NCBI GenBank assembly: GCA_044892525.1 | Contig: CM097885.1 | Span: 13,828,001-13,892,000 of the forward strand | Source of the DNA: Schmidtea polychroa | Lineage: Eukaryota | Length of the DNA: 64,000 nt | Direction of reading: 5' to 3' | Part shown: one piece after another, positions 63,216 through 64,000 of the stretch | How positions within the stretch are numbered: position 1 is the first letter of the stretch | Layout of the letters: each line of letters starts with the position of its first letter | The notes under the pieces: model-generated | The model's database searches: none | Told to the model about the DNA's origin: nothing | The model's input: the letters and a program-made list of their open reading frames with translations, nothing else | Translations under genes and position numbers: made by a program

Positions 63216-64000
63216 TTTATTGAAAATTTATGTTTGTTTTGTAAATTTATTTATTTATTGATTAAATGTAAATGGGATTCAATAATAAATGTATTGAATA
63301 TTGTGTTGTAATAATGAGCTGATTTTTCTATTGACTCCTTTATTTATGACAACTGGGAACATTTCTGTCCAGTCAATGCCAATAAGTTATGAACACATTT
63401 TCAAGCTTAATTAACATTCTTACGTTATGATGATTTTTAAATTTATAATGTTTCTGAAACATTAATCTATGTAAAATCTGCATGTGAAATAATATGATTA
63501 TTGCATGGTTGATTTAACAGCAGTGTGGGTATTTGAAACTTGTAATGCATGACATTTTTTGGAAAAACAATAACCGCTGTAATCGGTTATTGGTTGGGAA
63601 AAATCATCAGAAATGAAAAATACTTGCAGTAGTCAGTCAAATTCAACTGGTAAATTTGTTTCCGATGAAAATGAAAACAAATTATCTGCTGCAAAGCTAA
63701 TAACAATATTTGTATTAATGAGGAAATAGAAAGTATAATAATAACTGAGTGCAATATCAGTGAAATTGAAGAAGCATGTGGAATTAAATGATACATCTTG
63801 CTGGCATTTAACACTTACTAAGTTAGCACTTACAGACTTGAGTTTTTGAATATTTGAAAATTTTCCAAGAGTAATGGATTCCACTAAATGTGCTATGAAA
63901 AATTATATAAAAATTTTGATCCGCATTTTTTCAGCTTCATGAAATAAAAATTATATGCAATTCACAGTCCTCAAAACATTTAAAGTTTTTACCTTGTGAT

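Overview
Very AT-rich, repeat-dense eukaryotic (probably invertebrate) genomic DNA with short 40-60 nt introns. The dominant structure is a ~17.5-kb non-coding foldback element (17020-34548). It has two ~8.3-kb inverted arms around a ~0.93-kb spacer, is flanked by a target-site duplication, and has 5'-AG...CT-3' ends reminiscent of Polinton/Maverick elements. Each arm is built of C/G-tract hairpins, modular minisatellites and a nested ~3.2-kb TIR unit. The rest is a transposon graveyard: Tc1, mariner, piggyBac, Tigger, pogo, probable MULE and Gypsy remnants, several MITEs, two near-identical 1525-bp internally deleted hAT elements with 8-bp TSDs, and Penelope-like retroelement fragments. The Penelope-associated terminal repeats carry two families of candidate minimal hammerhead ribozymes. 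The only host gene I can identify is the 5' part of an OSR1/SPAK (OXSR1/STK39)-family kinase (about 51956-52579). All coordinates and alignments were read by eye; no database searches were run.
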